A stretch of DNA of 64,000 bases, from positions 138,617 to 202,616 of the forward strand of contig MU008199.1 of assembly GCA_010909165.1 (NCBI GenBank), in the 5' to 3' direction. The notes under the pieces are model-generated. The model saw nothing but the letters and a program-made list of their open reading frames with translations. It did no database searches and was not told the DNA's origin. Source of the DNA: Anthoceros angustus. Taxonomy: Eukaryota > Plantae > Anthocerotophyta. A program made the translations under genes and the position numbers. Positions 1-13,235 of the stretch are shown here, piece after piece; within the stretch, counting starts at the first letter, position 1; each line of letters starts with the position of its first letter.

Positions 1-241
1 TGCAAGCTACTCCCTCCTGTTGGGATTGGTTGCACCTATATATCTGCGTATCAGATTTGTTTGCTTGGTTGTTGGTCGAGGAAGTGCTTATATGAATTCA
101 AGTGCTTACCTCGTGCGATACTTTCCACAACACATCGATTTCCGGCATAATTGAACCCATGTAGTTGACCATTCCTACCGGTGTTAGGCACGTAAATACT
201 GCCCTTCAACTAGGGCACTATGTGAAAATACCAAAAGAAGA

Positions 242-2119
242 CTAACAGCGTCTGTTTAGAAAGGGGTTTCTCCTGAAACCCCTTTTTGCACACGGACTTG
301 ACCGGACCCCTTTTTGCACTTGAAAAAATCCGCACTATAATCAGGCTTTTTGATATTTCTCCGCAGACATGTTACCCGCAACCTTTTGAATAATTTTTTG
401 ATACACGTTATTTGAGATAGATTGCAAGTACGTGGCAAAACCTAAAGTCCCATTCTCGCTCGGCTTTTTTCAACCGACATAAAATTCACAAGAAACTTAT
501 GCGCCAAGACTTACATCATCAGCTCCAACATCCGCAATCATTTCCGTGTTGGACGATACAAAATATTTAGAGTTTTTAGGGCTTGCTGTAATTCTGGTCC
601 GCAAACTTGTTTGCGCACCTACCTTTCATTCATACTAGTCAATCCTATGACTATACTCTCCCGAGAATTTTACAGGACTTTGTTCCTTAGACATTGGGAC
701 AATAATATCTTCTTTGGCCTGATGCTCTTGATCCACGTCTAGTGCGAGAATGAGAGTGGCATGGTCTGCACTTAGAGCTGGGCCCACGCCAAACGTCTCA
801 AGATTCAAAAGATGCAAAAGGTTCTCACTACTAGTTCAAAGTTTTAACTACTAGAAAAAAGATGAGGGTTAAGTAAAGATAAGAACATATCCACACTAGG
901 GTGCTGCACGAAAAAGGTTGAAAACGTCGAAAGGAACCCTTTAAAACAACAAAAATATCAAAAAAAATACAAAAAAATGCAAAAATTTGTCAAAATTTTA
1001 GAGCAAGTGCGCGCACTTGCCTCAAAAAGCTGGAATTTTTTGTAATTTTTAAGATGTTTTTAGGATTTTTTAAGACTTTTTGCTCTTTTTTTCTTTGGAT
1101 GAACCGTCTTGGAATGCACTAGGAGGCATGAACCATTTGGGTTCATGCTCTCAGGCCCTTCTTGACCTTGGGTGCGTGTACTTGTGTGCACACTTGCGCC
1201 TCCTTGCCGTGGTGCGCACAAGTGCGCACAAGTGCGCGCACAAGTGCGCACAAGTGCGCGCACAAGTGCGCGCACAAGTGCGCGCACAAGTGCGCGCACA
1301 AGTGCGCACACCCGGCCCCTTGCTCCTAGTGCGCGCACAAGTGCGCGCGTGCGCGCACTTGTGTGCACATCCAGCCCCTTGCCGTGGTGCGCACTTGTGT
1401 GCACACTTGCGCCTCCTTGCCCCTGTGTGCACATCCAGCCCCTTGCCGTGGTGCGCACAAGTGCGCGCACAAGTGCGCGCACCCGGCCCCTTGCCTCGGT
1501 GCATGCACTTGTTCACCCACCGGGCCCCCGGCATGTTTGATGATAACCCGGTACTAGGTCACGAAAGAGGCGGAAACACCGTCTGAATAAAAGGGATAGG
1601 GTGTTCTTCGTCGCATTAGGGCATAGGATAGGTATATAAGAGTGGTCTAGGTGAACCTCCATGATGTCGCTACTTGTTATTTTGTCGGGAGTTCGGCATC
1701 CTCGACCGCCAAAAGGACATGCTTCCCATTAGAAGATCATTTTTCGCGTTCTTTTTGCAGTGCATGCACAAGTATGCACATAAGCGTTGTTTTAGGCGCG
1801 CACTTATGCGCCTAGGCCCTCTGGTATATAAAACATACAAAACCACACAAATGCGAAACTACGGACATGACGAAATTATGGAACAATGAGGTCATCGCCT
1901 TCATCACACCGACTAAATCGCCATGAACTGAGTATAAGGCGCCAGCGGTGTAAATGACTCGGCAGAAGTGGTGCGGGCCGAGAATGCCCGAAACCGATGG
2001 ATGAACACCTACAAAACCAACAAAACCAAACCAACTTCAGTTTCCGGCAAAATAGGGTTGGGATTTTTTCCAAAACCCCTTTTGACAGGAGAAACCCCTT
2101 TTTGAACAGACGCTGTTAG
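242..2119. mobile_element. Non-autonomous TIR DNA transposon (~1.9 kb)
   Basis: Left end CTAACAGCGTCTGTTTAGAAAGGGGTTTCTCCTG (242-275) is the near-perfect reverse complement of the right end CAGGAGAAACCCCTTTTTGAACAGACGCTGTTAG (~2086-2119). Possible TA target duplication. No transposase inside. A partial inverted copy lies at ~46941-47760. Confidence 0.8.
1176..1510. repeat. GCGCACAAGTGC (10-12 bp) tandem/palindromic array inside the TIR element
   Basis: Repeated GCGCACAAGT / ACTTGTGCGC units in both orientations. They generate the spurious RAQV / ARTC repeat ORFs. Confidence 0.9.
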
Positions 2120-4233
2120 ACCCTGAGTAGTGGTTTATATACTACACATTGGGTGTATTCCTGAGTATGCAAGGAAAGAGCGCCGGCCGGCCGGCGCCCT
2201 TTCCCTGCATACCCAAGGTTTTGGGGTTTAGGTCAAAGTTCCTGGTCGTCATTCTCAATTCCCACACATAGTTTGCGCAATGTCCTTCACCTATGTGGTA
2301 GAGTATGCATTCCACTATTTTAGTCTAGCGCGGGGCAGCGCGAAGTCCTTCGAAGCAAATGACCACCCTCTGTGGGGAACACAAATGCCTTGTGCTTCAT
2401 GCACACTATTTCAACCATATAAGTTAGCCAAAGCAGGAGCCGTTGCCTTAAAACATTTTTAAACAAACAGAGTAAGTGGGACTAGTTCCCCTCAAAACCA
2501 GGACCCCAAAGGTTTTGTCCCACCACGCATCTATCTACACGGCAGTCTCAAAGTAATGCTATGCTCCACGTTTTGGCGGGTACTTGAACATGCTCATATT
2601 TTCTTCGAGAATGAAGCTGCACATATTACAGTACGAATGAATGAATGAAAATGGGTTCATAGGTTTTTTGGAAAATAGGTGCAACTATGGCATGAGAAAA
2701 GAGTTTCACTATACGCATTCATAAAGAGAACGCTGGCCAGCCGGCGCCCTTCCCATGCATGTCCTCCTCATGGCTGCCTTTGATAAAATAAATAATTAGC
2801 TCATTCAATTTGAAACATTCAAATGCCCGCACTTATCTGCTACTTAGCAGATATCCGCTCATTCAATTTGAAACATACATTCAAATGGTTGAGGGAATGG
2901 GTTACTTGTTTGATAAAGGCAACGATTCAATCCCATGAAAGCCAAAACCCAGGCATGCGTGAATGTTCTCGTAAACCAAAACGGCAAAGGAATGATGCAT
3001 AAGCTACGACCACAGCTGTTGGATGCTTATGCAAGTGCTTGATGAGGCAGAAGTTTGGGATTATGAAGACGCCAAGTCCATAGGCAAGAACAATGGTTTT
3101 GATGACCCAGAAGTGGAGTGCATGTGGAACTTAGAAGTAGTCATACATGGAGTGTTGGCTCAAGGCCCAGATGAGTTACAGATTGGTCGCCATGAGGGAC
3201 CATTCGTGGCGTAGCCGCTTGCATGTGCTCATTTTAAAGTTAACAGTTTTTGTCCCAATCATTGTGGATGCCACCATGTCGGCATTCTAACACAACCTTC
3301 AGTTTTGTTTCTTACCAAAGTAGAACCATATCTAGTTTTGATGAATTTATTGAATGATGTTCATGAACACATCACGGAGGGCGCTGGCCCGCCGGCGCCC
3401 TAGACAGGCTCTCTATCATGTCAATGGAAAGACTGTAGACTCTCTGTTTGTGGATGGAATAACCAGGATAATGTCATTTTGAAGAATGGGCTAAAACCCT
3501 CTTTTAAGGTCAGTGTCGATTTCGTGAAGGAGGTCCAAAAGCAAAAAAAGAGGGTTCGTACATTAACCTCCTTTCAGAATTATGGTGGAACAAATGTGTA
3601 ATTTAGCAATGATGTTGGATTCAGTATCGGCTAGGGCACCGGATGAGTCACAACATAGCCCCCATCATATTCCTCCATTCTAAAGTAGACAGACTCAATT
3701 AAACATTGGATTGACGGTGAAAGGTCCATTTTTTTGGTAGTATAGAAAGTTCGCCAGTAGTTCCCCACAATGTAGTACAAGGCTTGAGTGTTGTGATAGA
3801 CCCGTCAAGGCGCCGACTGGCCGACGTCTTGATGGGTCATTGTAGTAGAGGCAACTGGTAAACATTTGGTGTATAAGTGTATGTGCCCCAGGAATGGGAG
3901 TGATATTTTGAACATGACATAAAAAGGCTATTTTCGGACCGGGCAGTGTTTGGTCAAGAGGGTCCAACCCCAAAAGAAGAGGGTTTGTATATTCCCCCTT
4001 GTGTTTAATTTGGATTCATGAGGACGCCGGTCGATCGGCGCCCTGTTTTGGTCTATAGGGGGGATACTGCTATAAATTATATCTTTTACCGAATATTTAG
4101 ACTTTCGAAGGGCATGCTGATTTTCATGACTAGGCAATTCCGGCACTTTGAAGAGGGTGTCAAATCCGTCAAGGGGGTTTTGTTTCTATCGAAGGGGGTT
4201 TGTGTATTCCCCCTCTTGAAAAATTATGGTGTT

Positions 4234-4460
4234 CTAGACATGCTCACACTCTAGGCTCCCAAAGCCTATAGGCACCTCAGTCCTATCCTCACAAGAGTGT
4301 AGCATTAAGTGCTAGGATCCTCCTAGACATGCTCATACTCTAGGCTCCCAAAGCCTGTAGGCACCTCAGTCCTGTCCCCACAAGAGTGTACCCCTAAGTG
4401 CTAGGATCCTCCTAGACATGTTCACACTCTAGGCTCCCAAAGCCTGTAGGCACCCTAATC
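4234..4460. repeat. 89-bp tandem repeat (~2.5 copies)
   Basis: CTAGACATG(C/T)TCA(C/T)ACTCTAGGCTCCCAAAGCCT starts at 4234, 4323 and 4412. Confidence 0.9.
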
Positions 4461-5699
4461 TTATTTTCACGAGTGTGGCTTTTATCCTCACAAGTGTGGC
4501 TCCAAATGCGAGAATCATGGCATGATCTTCTCTAAAATGTGTTGATTGCGAGTCGTTCTGTGGAAGGATGGCGAGCTACTTGGAGGCCTAATGCTGGTGT
4601 ATGGTGATGTCATTGTCGCTAACTGCGTGACTGCCCCACCTCGCTAGAAAGGGGGTGTTACTTGAGATCCAGGGCTACATGCCTCTTATGCAAGGCTCCT
4701 TACTCACTCGCTCCTAATGTCAATGACAGTACTTACTGATAACTCTCTTGTTGGTGATATAGCGAGCCACTTATGAACAGCTTCGGTGATAAGTCGGCTC
4801 TTCCCTATCCATTGGCCCTTTCCTATCCATTTTGGGGCTGTCGGTACCTTGAGAGTAGACACTCGCAAAAGCTAGTCCCCTCTTTGGCCTAGAGGTCTTT
4901 TTTTGTGGGTTGTTCTCTGGTGTAGATGGAACTTCCCATCTCAACTTAGTTTATAAAGTCTTCTCATTCTTGTAGATGAGCGCTTTATTGTAGAATAAGT
5001 CTTTGGTATCTTTGATTTTCTTGATTGTAAAGTTATTAGATATCCTCAAGGGATTTCTACATTTCTTTCCGAGACCACCAATCTCATACACCAAAAACCA
5101 AAAGTGAGTATGTACATAGATAAGATAATAAACCCTCACACTCTCAACCATGGGGATAAGTGCTCTCAAAACTAAGTGAGAAATCCAAACCTTTTGTTTC
5201 GAGTCAGTATTAAAAAATTCCTTCAAAACATCCGGGATAAATTAATCGGGGAATGACGAGGGGCTTTTTTGTGATTTTTTTGCTTAAATATTAATTGTAT
5301 TTTTTGGATGTCATGTTAACTGTATACATTTTTCCGTGAACAGCATAATTGAAAACTTGTAATTCTCTTCAAAATGAATGATGTATGCCACTTACGATTA
5401 TCATGTGTGTATATTCTTGTACCAAAATCCATGTAATTTTCCACGAGCCTCATTTCTTGGTTTTTGGGTGGAATCTTATGTTGTGTAGAATGCTACAGTC
5501 CATGCTTGCTTGAACAAACATTTCCATGGACACCTAGCATTGTTTTCTAAGCATGTGCCAAAAATCGGAGTCAAATAGCCCAATATGATTGCCAAAGAAT
5601 TTTCACAAAGGCCAAGAACCTTGCAAGGGCCTAGGTTACATGAAATCTGCTTTCCACATATACACCCTCTCGCCGTTCACATTTCCACATTTGAACGTA

Positions 5700-5960
5700 C
5701 ATGAAGTATGGACCAAGGCAGCATGGAACAAGTCAATGGAGACTAGAAGCATCCCAGCGAGCGCAAAATGTACAAGCAGGGCATTACTATAACTGCAGGG
5801 CACCGGATCATTACGCCAACACTTGTCCAGAACCGAGGAGACAAATTGGTTACATGCCGTTTTGTCAGATTTGTAAAGCCGCTCGGCATATTGCAGGCGA
5901 CCCCAGGTGTACGGGTCCCAAGGCTGTTCAATTTGAAGTTCTTCTACAATGGGTGGAGGA
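5700..5960 (+). mobile_element. Retrotransposon gag remnant with two zinc knuckles
   Basis: HYYNCRAPDHYANTC (degenerate CX2CX4HX4C) and FCQICKAARHIAGDPRC in ORF 5701-6117. Confidence 0.55.
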
Positions 5961-5969
5961 GGTTCAGAC

Positions 5970-6830
5970 ATTCTTTCTTCGGCCCCACATTGCATGTAAG
6001 AAGTCTATCCCCCTTGCCATCTTTCTTGCAGAGTTTGCCACTTTCCCGCTTGAACTTGAAGGTTTGTTTCGCCTAACCAACTTCCTATACCGCCTCTACT
6101 CTCTAGAAGAAGCTTAGTCTAACCACCCCACCTCCACTCCCTCATACCTCCTTCTTGCATTCCAATCATCCCGGAAGTTAGCCTCCTCTGGAAACAAGAC
6201 ATGTTGGTATGCCCAGTCTTCTTCCTGGCTGGAGAAGTTTGGATTCTGTCCCGAGAATCTCCCGGCCCACCCCCTCTTTCAATTCCTTCCCCCTCCTCCG
6301 AATAAGTCCATCCGCCTTGAACTGCAAACTACCTATTTGTCTTATACCTGGTCTCCTATCTCTCCCTTACCCACTAAGCTAGAAACTTACAAACAACTTT
6401 TTCGTATCCTCTCCAACTCTGGGAAACCAATGCTTCCTCTCTATCTTCGCACCCATGTGTCCTTCAAGCTTAGGATGATTATGGGTCATCTTCGGGTGGG
6501 GTCCCACCATCTCAGGGTTGAGACTGATAGATGGCTGCGTCCAAAGCCACCTAAGGAGACCCGAATATGCAGGTTATGCAACAGGGATGTTGAGACTGAG
6601 GAACACTTTGTTTTCCTCTGTCCCATATATGAAGATATCAGGCATACATTTATGAATCTATTTACAACTCGATCTTCACTTAGGGGTTTTTTCAATTTTC
6701 CTGACCCTATTATTGCAGGAGTTTGCTTGAAATAAATGTGGGAAATGAGGACCAACCAACTTCAACTTCTCAACTTGCCGGATATTTGATTATGCCTCAC
6801 ACTATTCTCTCGGACTCGAATAGCGATTAA
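5970..6830 (+). mobile_element. 5'-truncated non-LTR retrotransposon (LINE) ORF2 C-terminus
   Basis: SHHLRVETDRW...RICRLCNRDVETEEHFVFLCPIYEDIR is the typical C-terminal CCHC domain of LINE ORF2. Upstream frames are broken. Confidence 0.75.
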
Positions 6831-6939
6831 ATTTCATTATAGTCTCTTTGTATATCTGTCATATCAGTCCCATGACGGAAATCCGTCCTTAGTGAACTTA
6901 AATAAAATTCTTCTTCTTCTTCTGTTCTCACTCGCCCGG

Positions 6940-7230
6940 GCGTGCGTTCTACAAACCTAGTAGTCACAAAGGAAATCCCGCCGAACCCCGAAACTGCCCT
7001 ATCCGTCACCACACCGGCCATTCTACGAGTGGAGGTGGAGGAGAGCAACGTTTGGGGAGAGGGGCGGGAGAACTTGGGGGAATTTGTGGAAGGAGGCACC
7101 GGAACATCGGAAGAGGAGGAACAAGTCGCACACATTACTACTCGTTCAAAACGACGCGAGAGCAAAGGGCAAGAAAAGGAAGAAGGAGGCGCAACGCCAA
7201 CAACAGGAGATAGAACTTAAGAAGAGGAAG
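6940..7230 (+). repeat. Dispersed TE-derived fragment, homologous to ~41235-41480
   Basis: Both copies encode a similar N(L/S)VVT(K/E)EIPPNPET(A/T)L(S/A)VTT...EEEEQVA peptide. Confidence 0.6.
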
Positions 7231-8114
7231 AAGCATGAAAGACTGCGTGTCATGATGGCTGGAATCAGGCAGAGGAGCGCCCTGTTTTAGTAACAGCGCA
7301 TAAATTGGCATAGGTTGCATATATTAGAATCTTCGAAATAGAGGTCAGATTTTGAGGTATTTTTAATTTTTTTATTTTTTTAAATTATAATATTGAAGGT
7401 TCAGGTCACCGGAATATATGCTCAAGGTTGGAAAATTCAAAATATAAGTAAAAATAAATATATGAAGTGATGTGTATCATCAAAGGCTTTTTGAGTAGAT
7501 TTGTCATTCAGGGTTAACCAGGTGTACATTTGTTTGGAGTTCTTGCAGTGCATGGGAGAAACTTGGCCAAATTATGTAATTTTGGTGCGCATGAGAACGG
7601 CTCTTTTGGTAAGGGCGAAATGCAGCAACAGCGCCTAGTCCCCTGTAAATTAAACGTCAGCCCAGTGCCCACAAAGCGGCTAAACCCTGAACAGTCGCAA
7701 GAAGTGCAGGTCAGTGCTGATGGGCCGGCTGCCGAGACCTCCATTTGCATCCCTCAGATGTTCTTTCTGGCAGGCAAACACAAGCCCCTGGGCTGCCTTA
7801 GCCGGAATTGAAGCCACTTGTAATGTGGGCTTCCGCGTGTGGGAGGCAGTATGAAATGCGGCCAGGCATTGCGGAAGCCATAGATCCAACTGCCAATTGC
7901 AGGGATGGCAGGCCGTGCCACCGTTGGATTCCTGCCACACCTTAGTTCAAGGCCGTGACCCGTCCGGCTTGATGCGCTTTATGTTTTGTGGTTGGGAGGA
8001 TGTGGATTTCCCTTATACGGAAATGACCTTTCCTTGGACGGAGGATTATGATAACAAACCTGCATTGTGGTTTGGAGGAGGAAGATAAGTCGCGGTTCAT
8101 CAGAGCATGACTGA

Positions 8115-8639
8115 ATGTATCAAGATCGTTACGATCTGCTTAAATGGCCTCCCAACGATGACGCCGACAAACGATGGGCCATCGACATTGGTGGACTCCG
8201 GTATGTGGGAGAGGGCAACAATGTGTTGCCTCCCACTGGCGCTCAAGGGTCGTACTGGGGCCGGAAAACGGGTGCGGATAGGGCGGATGACAAGTACCGT
8301 GTGTTCTTCAGCAAGGAGAAGAAGAAGAAGAAGCATGTCGAGGAGGACGAGCTTGCCGCTCTCCGGAAGGAGTTTTCCCACATCAGAGGAGTCAGGCTGC
8401 CCAAGCCGGATCCGTTGGGCCCTCCCAAGACCCACATCAAGTATGTGAGTGGACTGAAAGAGGCGGCCAAGGCGAAGGTTATTCGGCAAAGGACCCTCGA
8501 GGGTATCAGCAAGCATGGCTCTATTTATCCGTTCAAGAGAAAATCTGGTCCCAAGCCTCCTCTTGGTCCCGCTCTGATTGAGGACCTTGGAACCGTCCGG
8601 GCGTTGCATTTCGACTATCTCATTGAGAACGATGATTAG
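8115..8639 (+). CDS. Hypothetical 174-aa basic protein
   Basis: ATG-initiated, uninterrupted ORF with coding-like G/C-ending codons and a Lys run (KEKKKKK). No recognised domain. Confidence 0.5.
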   Translation: MYQDRYDLLKWPPNDDADKRWAIDIGGLRYVGEGNNVLPPTGAQGSYWGRKTGADRADDKYRVFFSKEKKKKKHVEEDELAALRKEFSHIRGVRLPKPDPLGPPKTHIKYVSGLKEAAKAKVIRQRTLEGISKHGSIYPFKRKSGPKPPLGPALIEDLGTVRALHFDYLIENDD

Positions 8640-9944
8640 CCAGGCTCTCATTGTCTCCAGAGCAGGCTTTTCTGCCGAGTTTTCTTCCCCCTTTTTTTTT
8701 TTGTTTTCCAGTTCAGCTAGGTTCCTCCCGCAAGCTGTGATGAGTGAGGGCTGCCGCATGAGGTATGAACTGGTGGACATGGATCTTCATTTCTTTGCAG
8801 CTTTTCTTGTAGGAGACTGTAGTCATGTTCATCCTTGTTTTTGCAGCTGGACATCTGCTACAATCAAAGGAGTTGTGAGGAACTTCGCAATGATGATGTA
8901 GGATGGTTCAGGGATGGAGACCCTTCGTGTCTAGGAATCCCTTTGATATCTTTTGCCTTCTCCCTCCTAACCCAGATATATTTCTGGCCACAACGTCAAG
9001 TGTGATGCATTTCATCAGACTACCCACTTCACCTTTGAGAAGCCTGTCAAAGAGCCTTGTTTTGGTTATGATTGAAGTTTGTAGTCTGTTCCCGCGGTGG
9101 ATGCTTTCGCATCCGTCTACCCCCTTTGTGAACCCATTTTCTTTTCTAACTTTCTGCGGCTGTCTTTGACACTTGTTTGTTCCCGAAAGTATCTGGGTTA
9201 TTCCCAAGACCACTGCACCCTTCAACCTGGCCTGTTACCAACGACATGAAGCCTGTTCTGGGATGTCAGCATCCTCACTTGCACGCTCACCATGCCACAC
9301 CTGTTATCACCAACTATAATATGGCGCACGTTGTTATGCACTCAACCTGTAGGGCATGGCTAACCTGGGCTGTCTCAGTTGTCATTATCCGTATGGGGGG
9401 AAGGGTGGTCACATCGGCCGCCTCAGTTTTCTGCAAGAGCATCGGAGAACATGCTGAACAGGCCAACGCGAAGGTGGAAGAAGGGAGGAGCTTGTTTCAC
9501 CAGGCCTTTCAGGGTGAGGCCTGTACCTTAGCGGACATGTGCTCTTCAACCTATTGTGTCAAGCCAACTGTCGTGGTCGTTTAACGTTTTTTGTTGATTA
9601 TTGGATGTCTTTTTCCAGTTATCGATACACTAGGGCTGCCTCAGCAGTATCTTTGGAAAATTCGCAGAGGACACTTGGATCTGGGCAAACGGGGGAGGGA
9701 TATCCCCTGCTCCTCCTTCACTTGTAGTCTGCCTATGTTGAGAACATAGCAGGTGAGGCATACTTGTGGTATGAGTGTTTTGATGGAGATGTAGAAGATA
9801 CTGAAGACTGGAATCTTTAGGAAGTTTTTACTCACGTACCATTTGCTATCATCTGCAGCCTTCAATCAGAGACCAGCAAGGAACCGTCCAGCAGGTCTTG
9901 AAAGATAGGAAGAGCTCTACATGTACAAACACAGGTCTCCAACA

Positions 9945-10056
9945 GAGTCACACGCTACAAGAACCTGTTCGAGTTACAACCTATAATATGCTTGTTCGAG
10001 TTACAACCTACAAGAACCTGTCCGAGTCACAACCCACAAGAACCTGTTTGAGTCAC
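9945..10056. repeat. ~27-bp minisatellite downstream of the GDSL gene
   Basis: GAGT(C/T)ACAACCTACAAGAACCTGTTC-like unit, about 4 copies. Confidence 0.8.
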
Positions 10057-10097
10057 CGGGACATGTTTCGGCTACCTCCCAAACATCCCCCGGCGTC

Positions 10098-11752
10098 CTA
10101 ATTACCGTTTAAGTGCTTCTTTGTCAGTTGAAACATGTTCTGTGGATAGCTGTCAGCAATGGTGCCATTGAACAGCCTGCTAGTGATGATGTGGTTGAAC
10201 TTTTCAGATGGGTGGAACTCATCCCAAAACAAATATTTAGTGTAATCGTCACAAACTGGTGTGACAGGTAGGCAAGGACTCAGTCCATTGAACCTTCCAA
10301 CGCCGCAGCAGGCCACATTCCCGAACTCGAAGCCTGCAGGACAGCAACCTGAGTGAGTGCCTGCAACACAAACGCATGTGGGAGAGAGACGGTTGCAAGA
10401 CCTTACCTAGAGAAGCAGGATTAAGGATGCCCCCAAATGAAATATCATAGAGGTTGTTGTAAACAAACGCAGAGCCACTTAGAGATGCTTCCAGCTCCTT
10501 CAACAGGGATCGCAAGGCTGCGTTGTAGTCTGTGGCCAATTTATTCACAAACTCTACACAGGGACCCTTGCTGTTGAACTTCACAAGCTGAGAGGGAACG
10601 CATCCCAGCGGCGGAACTCCTGTCACAACCAACCGTCTTGCTCCCAGATTGTACAGTTCCTGTGCGCGTTGCCATAATTTGCAGCATTTTATGAGGGAAT
10701 TTTCGAGCGACGAAGCTTCGACAAGAAGCTGGCTTCAAATTGCTGCGAATTTGAGAAAAACACAGTTCTCGGCTGTGATTAACCTTACCGTCAATTCAGT
10801 CCTGAATGTGGAGATGAGCAGGTTTTGGTACGCTGCTGGAGAAAATTGCTTGGCTCTCGTGGGAACAAGGAGGTAGTTGTTGAGGTAGTCGTTGTTACCA
10901 GTAAGAACGTAGAAAATGGACTCTGCCAACAATTTCGTTCCGGCCTCGTGCCCGATCAGTCCAAAAATTTTGCCTTTAGCTTCCTTGAAGTGTTGGAGCT
11001 GCTTGGTTGTGGTGATCACTTGTCCCTGCAATCCAGCCGGACCTTCAGTCTCGAATCCGGATGGGAAAAGAGTCGTCTCAAATCCACGAAGCACACGACC
11101 GAAAAGACCCTTGAACCGTGAATTTTTTAAAAGGAAGAACTCACAAAAACGCTTCCAGTGTCGTCCAGAATGCCCGATCCCGCAGACGCGAAATTCACAC
11201 CTCTAAGAAGAGCGGCAGCCGCGTTGCTCCCTCTGAAGACCGGGTCCAAGTAAGGCTTCAGCAATGGCAGTCCGAGATAGATAGCTGCAGCCACACGTAA
11301 GTCCGGATGGTGGTTCAGAGTGCCAATTCTTGAAGCCATCAGCTTCCAAGAGCATTCAACTTGGAATTGCAGTGGACAGAACTGGTTGAATTGGCAGCCA
11401 GCTTACAGAAGAAGTCGATTGCGGTTTTCCCATTGCAGAATCTGCCGGTGGCTCGCCCGCTGGCGAACTGGCGGCCGTAGGGTGGGAAGTTGGACTTGGC
11501 TAGTGTTTCGAGGTAGTTGTTGTTCCCGGCGTCGGCTAGGGAATCCCCGATAACGAACAGAGCAGGAGCAAGTGGACCGGACTCAGCCAGGGACCTGTGC
11601 TCCATTGGCAGGATCTCATCCTGTTCACGATCGGAGGGAGTCCGAAGCAGTGTGCTGCTTATGTCCGTAGATGCAGCTGTTGCAGCATTGCACAGAATCG
11701 CAGTGAAGAATGTTACGGCCAGGAGGACTGCCAGCCTTGATTCCAGGTCCAT
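10098..11752 (-). CDS. GDSL esterase/lipase (SGNH hydrolase), ~5 exons, signal peptide
   Basis: Motifs in order: FVIGDSLADAGNNNY, GRFCNG, GVNFASAGSGI, GNNDY, VPPLGCVP, ACCG, YLFWDEFHPSE. Hydrophobic N-terminus MDLESRLAVLLAVTFF. GT-AG introns. Confidence 0.95.
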
Positions 11753-13235
11753 TCTGACGCCAAGATGCAGATAATGGCAGAAAGGTGAGCTATGCAAGAT
11801 GCGTAGAATGTTCTGCACTAGATGGTACAGCCTGAATTTGTCAGAATGGCGGCTCAGAGCGAGTGGTTGCTACACTACGCGTGAACTTCAAAGGCAGAGA
11901 GATGGACGCACAAATCTTCACGAGTATGTACCTGGCATTCAAGCCTGGAATATGCAAATGCATGCAGACATGTCCGACAGAGCGTGGGCAGAAAGCTCGG
12001 GATCGAAGGTTCTCAAGATCTGAAGTCCTGGACTGTCAGAGATTGAATATGTGGAGCAAGAACATGGGCGTGTACTGCTGCTGGGCAGAAGTGACTTGAA
12101 AGAGGCTATGGCTGACAGTGTTCAGCTGCTGGAGTCAGGGAACTTATATAGATGCTTCACACCATAGGACCAGCGGCCACCGACACCAAACAACGTGGCC
12201 AACATAAGCATCCAACAACCAGGCTTGCGCAGGAGGGAGGTCTGGGTATGCTAGCATAAATGAGTACGGTGGTCCAACAGCAGTTGTAACTGCGATTTGC
12301 CATAGCCAAGGACGACCCCTCCCTTTCCAGGCCAGCACATGGTGACATTGCTGAGGCTCTTCACGGGCGTACTCCACCGTGTAAAAGCACCTCAAGCAGA
12401 ACAGCAGCAGCTATCACCACTAAAGGATGCCATCGCTGTAGTGGGGTGGCTGGCCTTTTGTGCTTCTGCAATTGCTTGCCTTAAGGCAGATTAGACTAGT
12501 GTTGAAGCATCACTCTCGCTGTTTGTCTGTATGCAGGTCTGAATTATGTAAGGTGTGTTGAGGAGAGCTTTAAATTCTGCGTGCTGCACACGGAATTTGT
12601 GGAAAGGGGGGAGTTACATGCTTCTGGAGTACTGGACCCTTCGACAAGATTGCGGAGCTGTGCCATTCAATCCGGATGGAATGTATCGTCGGCTTGTCAG
12701 GACTCGGGATACTTTTCCACAAGTGCCTTTGGTATCCATCAGGTAGGAGGTGTCAGAGCATGCAAGATGAGCTTCGCCAAGTACCACGGCGTGTTCGGCG
12801 TGCATCTGTTGGAAAAGATGACGTGAACAACTCTCAAATTGTCAAATGGATAGATTTGCACGACAAAGTGTTCGTGAAGCTATGACGGCTGGTATATACG
12901 GCCTGGGAACAGCCCCGACGTAGGAGTAGAGGTTCTTGCGAACGTGTGCAAACTGGTCTGCCAAATTGGTCTCCTTTCCAGAATTCCCACCACACGTTAC
13001 TTTATTAGGCCAAAATGCAGTGACTTCTGTCTGGAAGAGGACACTAAACAGGTAAGACAGCAAGTTTCGAAGCCTTTATGGAGGGAGATGCCTATGGGGT
13101 GTCATCCAACCCACCAAAGAAATGAAAGTGACAAAAATCATGGCAAGTAGGAGCACGACTGATTCCAACGCCTGCATTGCGAAACATCTACACAGTAGCA
13201 ATGCCTTCACCAAAGCGTGGAAGTGACGGACAACC

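Noticed and set aside
1060-1586. Overlapping 120-170 aa ORFs (RAQV / ARTC repeats)
   Set aside because: Translation artefacts of the 12-bp array, open in most frames.
8100-8780. 226-aa minus-strand ORF
   Set aside because: Likely the antisense shadow of the 8115-8639 ORF; it has poly-Leu from the Lys codons and no motif.
12100-13200. Short coding-like fragments between GDSL and the CBP80 pseudocopy
   Set aside because: No recognisable motif or consistent exon chain.
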